Shown piece after piece: positions 61,850-64,000 of a stretch of DNA of 64,000 bases (its first letter is position 1; each line of letters opens with the position of its first letter). The stretch covers positions 2,976,001 through 3,040,000 of the forward strand of contig NC_058383.1 in the NCBI RefSeq assembly GCF_018350175.1, in the 5' to 3' direction. The stretch is from Felis catus. Taxonomy: Eukaryota. The position numbers and the translations under genes are program-made. A model generated the notes under the pieces. The model was not told the origin of the DNA. It saw nothing but the letters and a program-made list of their open reading frames with translations, and searched no databases.

Positions 61850-63590
61850 TGGGGGAAGAAAGCAAAGAGAAAGGACCACGTTAAATGGAAAATATGAGAA
61901 GAGTGGCCAGCATCTAATGTGATAGTAATTACAATGCAGGTTACTGGGTTATCCATTATACAGAGAAACTCTACGACTGGATGGACAAGTCACAGAAATG
62001 AGTTATGTATAAGAAACAGACTTCAAAAGAAAGGCAGTGAAAGGTTGAAAATAAAAGGATAGAAAAGGGGTCTCCTACACAAATAGGAACCGAGAGAAAG
62101 TAGTGGCAACTTCACGGGAAGGTGAGGGAGAATGAGGGATATTACGTACTGATAAAAAGAGAGAACAAGGTGTACTCCTTGAAAATACGGGCCCTTAACA
62201 ATTCAGCCTGAAAATACACGAAGCAACGTTAGAACTACAGAGAGGGAGAGAGGAAATCAGCAGTTATGGTGGGAGAGTTTTAACACTGCTCCCAGAAACC
62301 TAAGCCCTGCAGTGGAGAAAATAAGCAGACATGGAGAAGAGCTGGACACTACGATTAGTAAGTCTATTAGCAATATTTCTAAAACTGTAGCATCAACAAA
62401 CAGAATGTGGTTTGGGGGCTCCTATGGAATGGTTCTAGAGAGCAAACCATGTATGGTGCCATCCAGGAAGCCACGAGGGTTTCCCAAGAACGGGAGTGGT
62501 ACACTTGAGGGTCCTTTGGTATTGTGCCATATGATAAGAAATTATCAGTAAATGACAGCCTCCCTCCCGATAAAACTGCTGTGGTTATGAAGTAAATAAC
62601 ATACTTCTAAAGAACCCTTGGGTTGAAAGGGAAATAGAAATGATGATCTATTTAGACCTGAAAGATAATGAAGTCATGAAATGTCACAACTGTGGGATGC
62701 AGTTCAAGTGATGCTTAAAGTGATTTTACAGTCTTAAGTTCATCGGTAAAGAAGAAAGGTTAAAAAGTAAGTGAGCTAAGCAGTCAACTCAAACGTTGGT
62801 AAAAAAGAACAACAAAACAAGGAAACAGGAAGGAAGGAAGGAAATAAAGGTAAGTACTAAAAACAATAAAATACAGAATAATAACACTAAATGATAACAG
62901 AAATTTAAGAAAATCAAGACCTGGTTCTTTGAAAGATAAGTAAGATCTCCGACAGACTGAACAATAAGAAAAAGAAATAAAAAATTAGGAAATAGCTATA
63001 GATCAAAGACATTTTCAAATGATAAAAGAATATTGGAACAAATATTATTTACTAGTAAATTTGGAGAAAAAACTAAAATTAATGTTTCCAGAAAAAATAT
63101 AAAATGTCAAGATTGCCATGAGAATAAGTGGATAACACGGTTAGAGGTCAATGTATGTCACATCAATACATGGGACATGTAGTCAGAGACCTTTCTTCCC
63201 AAAATCTCCAGAGAGAATCTTACAGATGATTTCTGGCAAACCTTTAAGAAAAACCACTTAGTATCTTTTATAGGTCTTTCCATAAAATAGAAGACAGGTC
63301 ATGATGCCCAGCTCCTAAAGCTGTTGAAGCCAGTGTCAGAAAATATATGAATGTAACATTAAAAGAACTAAGGAAAAAGTACGAAGATCTCAAATGGTGT
63401 AGCAGAAGCGATTGATGAGGTTCAACACCTGTTTGTGATTTTAGAGACACACGCAGCTGACATCTTAGGAACGGAAGGGAACTTCCTTCAGGCTACCAAC
63501 CAAAAACTGTATCAGACTACCCTGAATGGGGGTTTTGGACAATTCTCTCTATTACTGGCAAGGAGGCAAGCAGACCTGCTGTCTTTTGCA
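61850..63590 (+). mobile_element. Ancient L1M ORF2 (endonuclease to RT region), degraded
   Basis: A-rich, with gtgggagagttttaacac, aatcaagacctggttctttgaaa, ttaggaacggaagggaacttcct. Confidence 0.8.
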
Positions 63591-64000
63591 GTTTAGTGCA
63601 GGAAGCAAGTCCTTGCGTGTTTTCAGGCGGAAAGAGATGTAGTGGATTAGGTACTTAAGTTGTGGGAAGGGCTTGGAGGAGCAGGTTGGGGGCAGAGTTC
63701 AAGATCACCCCACAGTAGTTATGGTCCAGAGGGCAAGAGGCTGTTGTTGCTGCTGCCACTTTCCTGACGATTTGCCTTTGACCCCTGCAAGCAGATAATT
63801 AGACGCCCAGGTGGAGACCCTGGCCTGAGACACACGACTCCCCAGCTGGCTTTCCAGCACCCACTACAGCAGGGGCGTCCTCTGCGTTGCCTCCCTCTTG
63901 CACATCTCTTGAGAGGGCCCCTCCAGTGGCAGATCCCAAGTTCATTCACAACTTAGCTTCAAAGAAGCCTGAGAAACGTAGCTGTATTCCAGACCTATTT

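Noticed and set aside
1..64000. Host gene name, NUMT, processed pseudogene or snoRNA
   Set aside because: I did not recognise any. A BLAST, BLAT or Rfam search is needed, so no gene symbol is assigned.

Overview
This is mammalian genomic DNA from a felid (cat family), judged by 17 tRNA-derived carnivore SINEs, including near-consensus young SINEC_Fc-type copies, and felid/carnivore L1 3' ends. It reads as the interior of one or more long introns. Much of it is interspersed repeat: CAN-SINE, L1, L2, MIR, MaLR/ERV LTRs, Tigger and MER5 DNA transposons, and microsatellites. I find no supportable protein-coding CDS, rRNA, true tRNA, CRISPR array or recognisable pseudogene; the listed ORFs look like repeat-derived or chance frames. 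Three + strand segments (17309-, 21253-21283, 51327-) look like non-coding/5'UTR exons of a host gene I cannot name. The best-supported unusual structures are: (1) an L1 3' transduction carrying about 500 bp of non-L1 DNA inside its TSDs; (2) two SINEs of different age stacked at one endonuclease site, giving a triplicated TSD; (3) a tiny L1 with an 18-19 bp twin-priming inversion; (4) a CCAAT/CRE/ETS/E2F motif cluster. I see no evidence for a wholly new biological system. Repeat family names come from recalled consensus sequences, not a search, and ancient-repeat boundaries are approximate.
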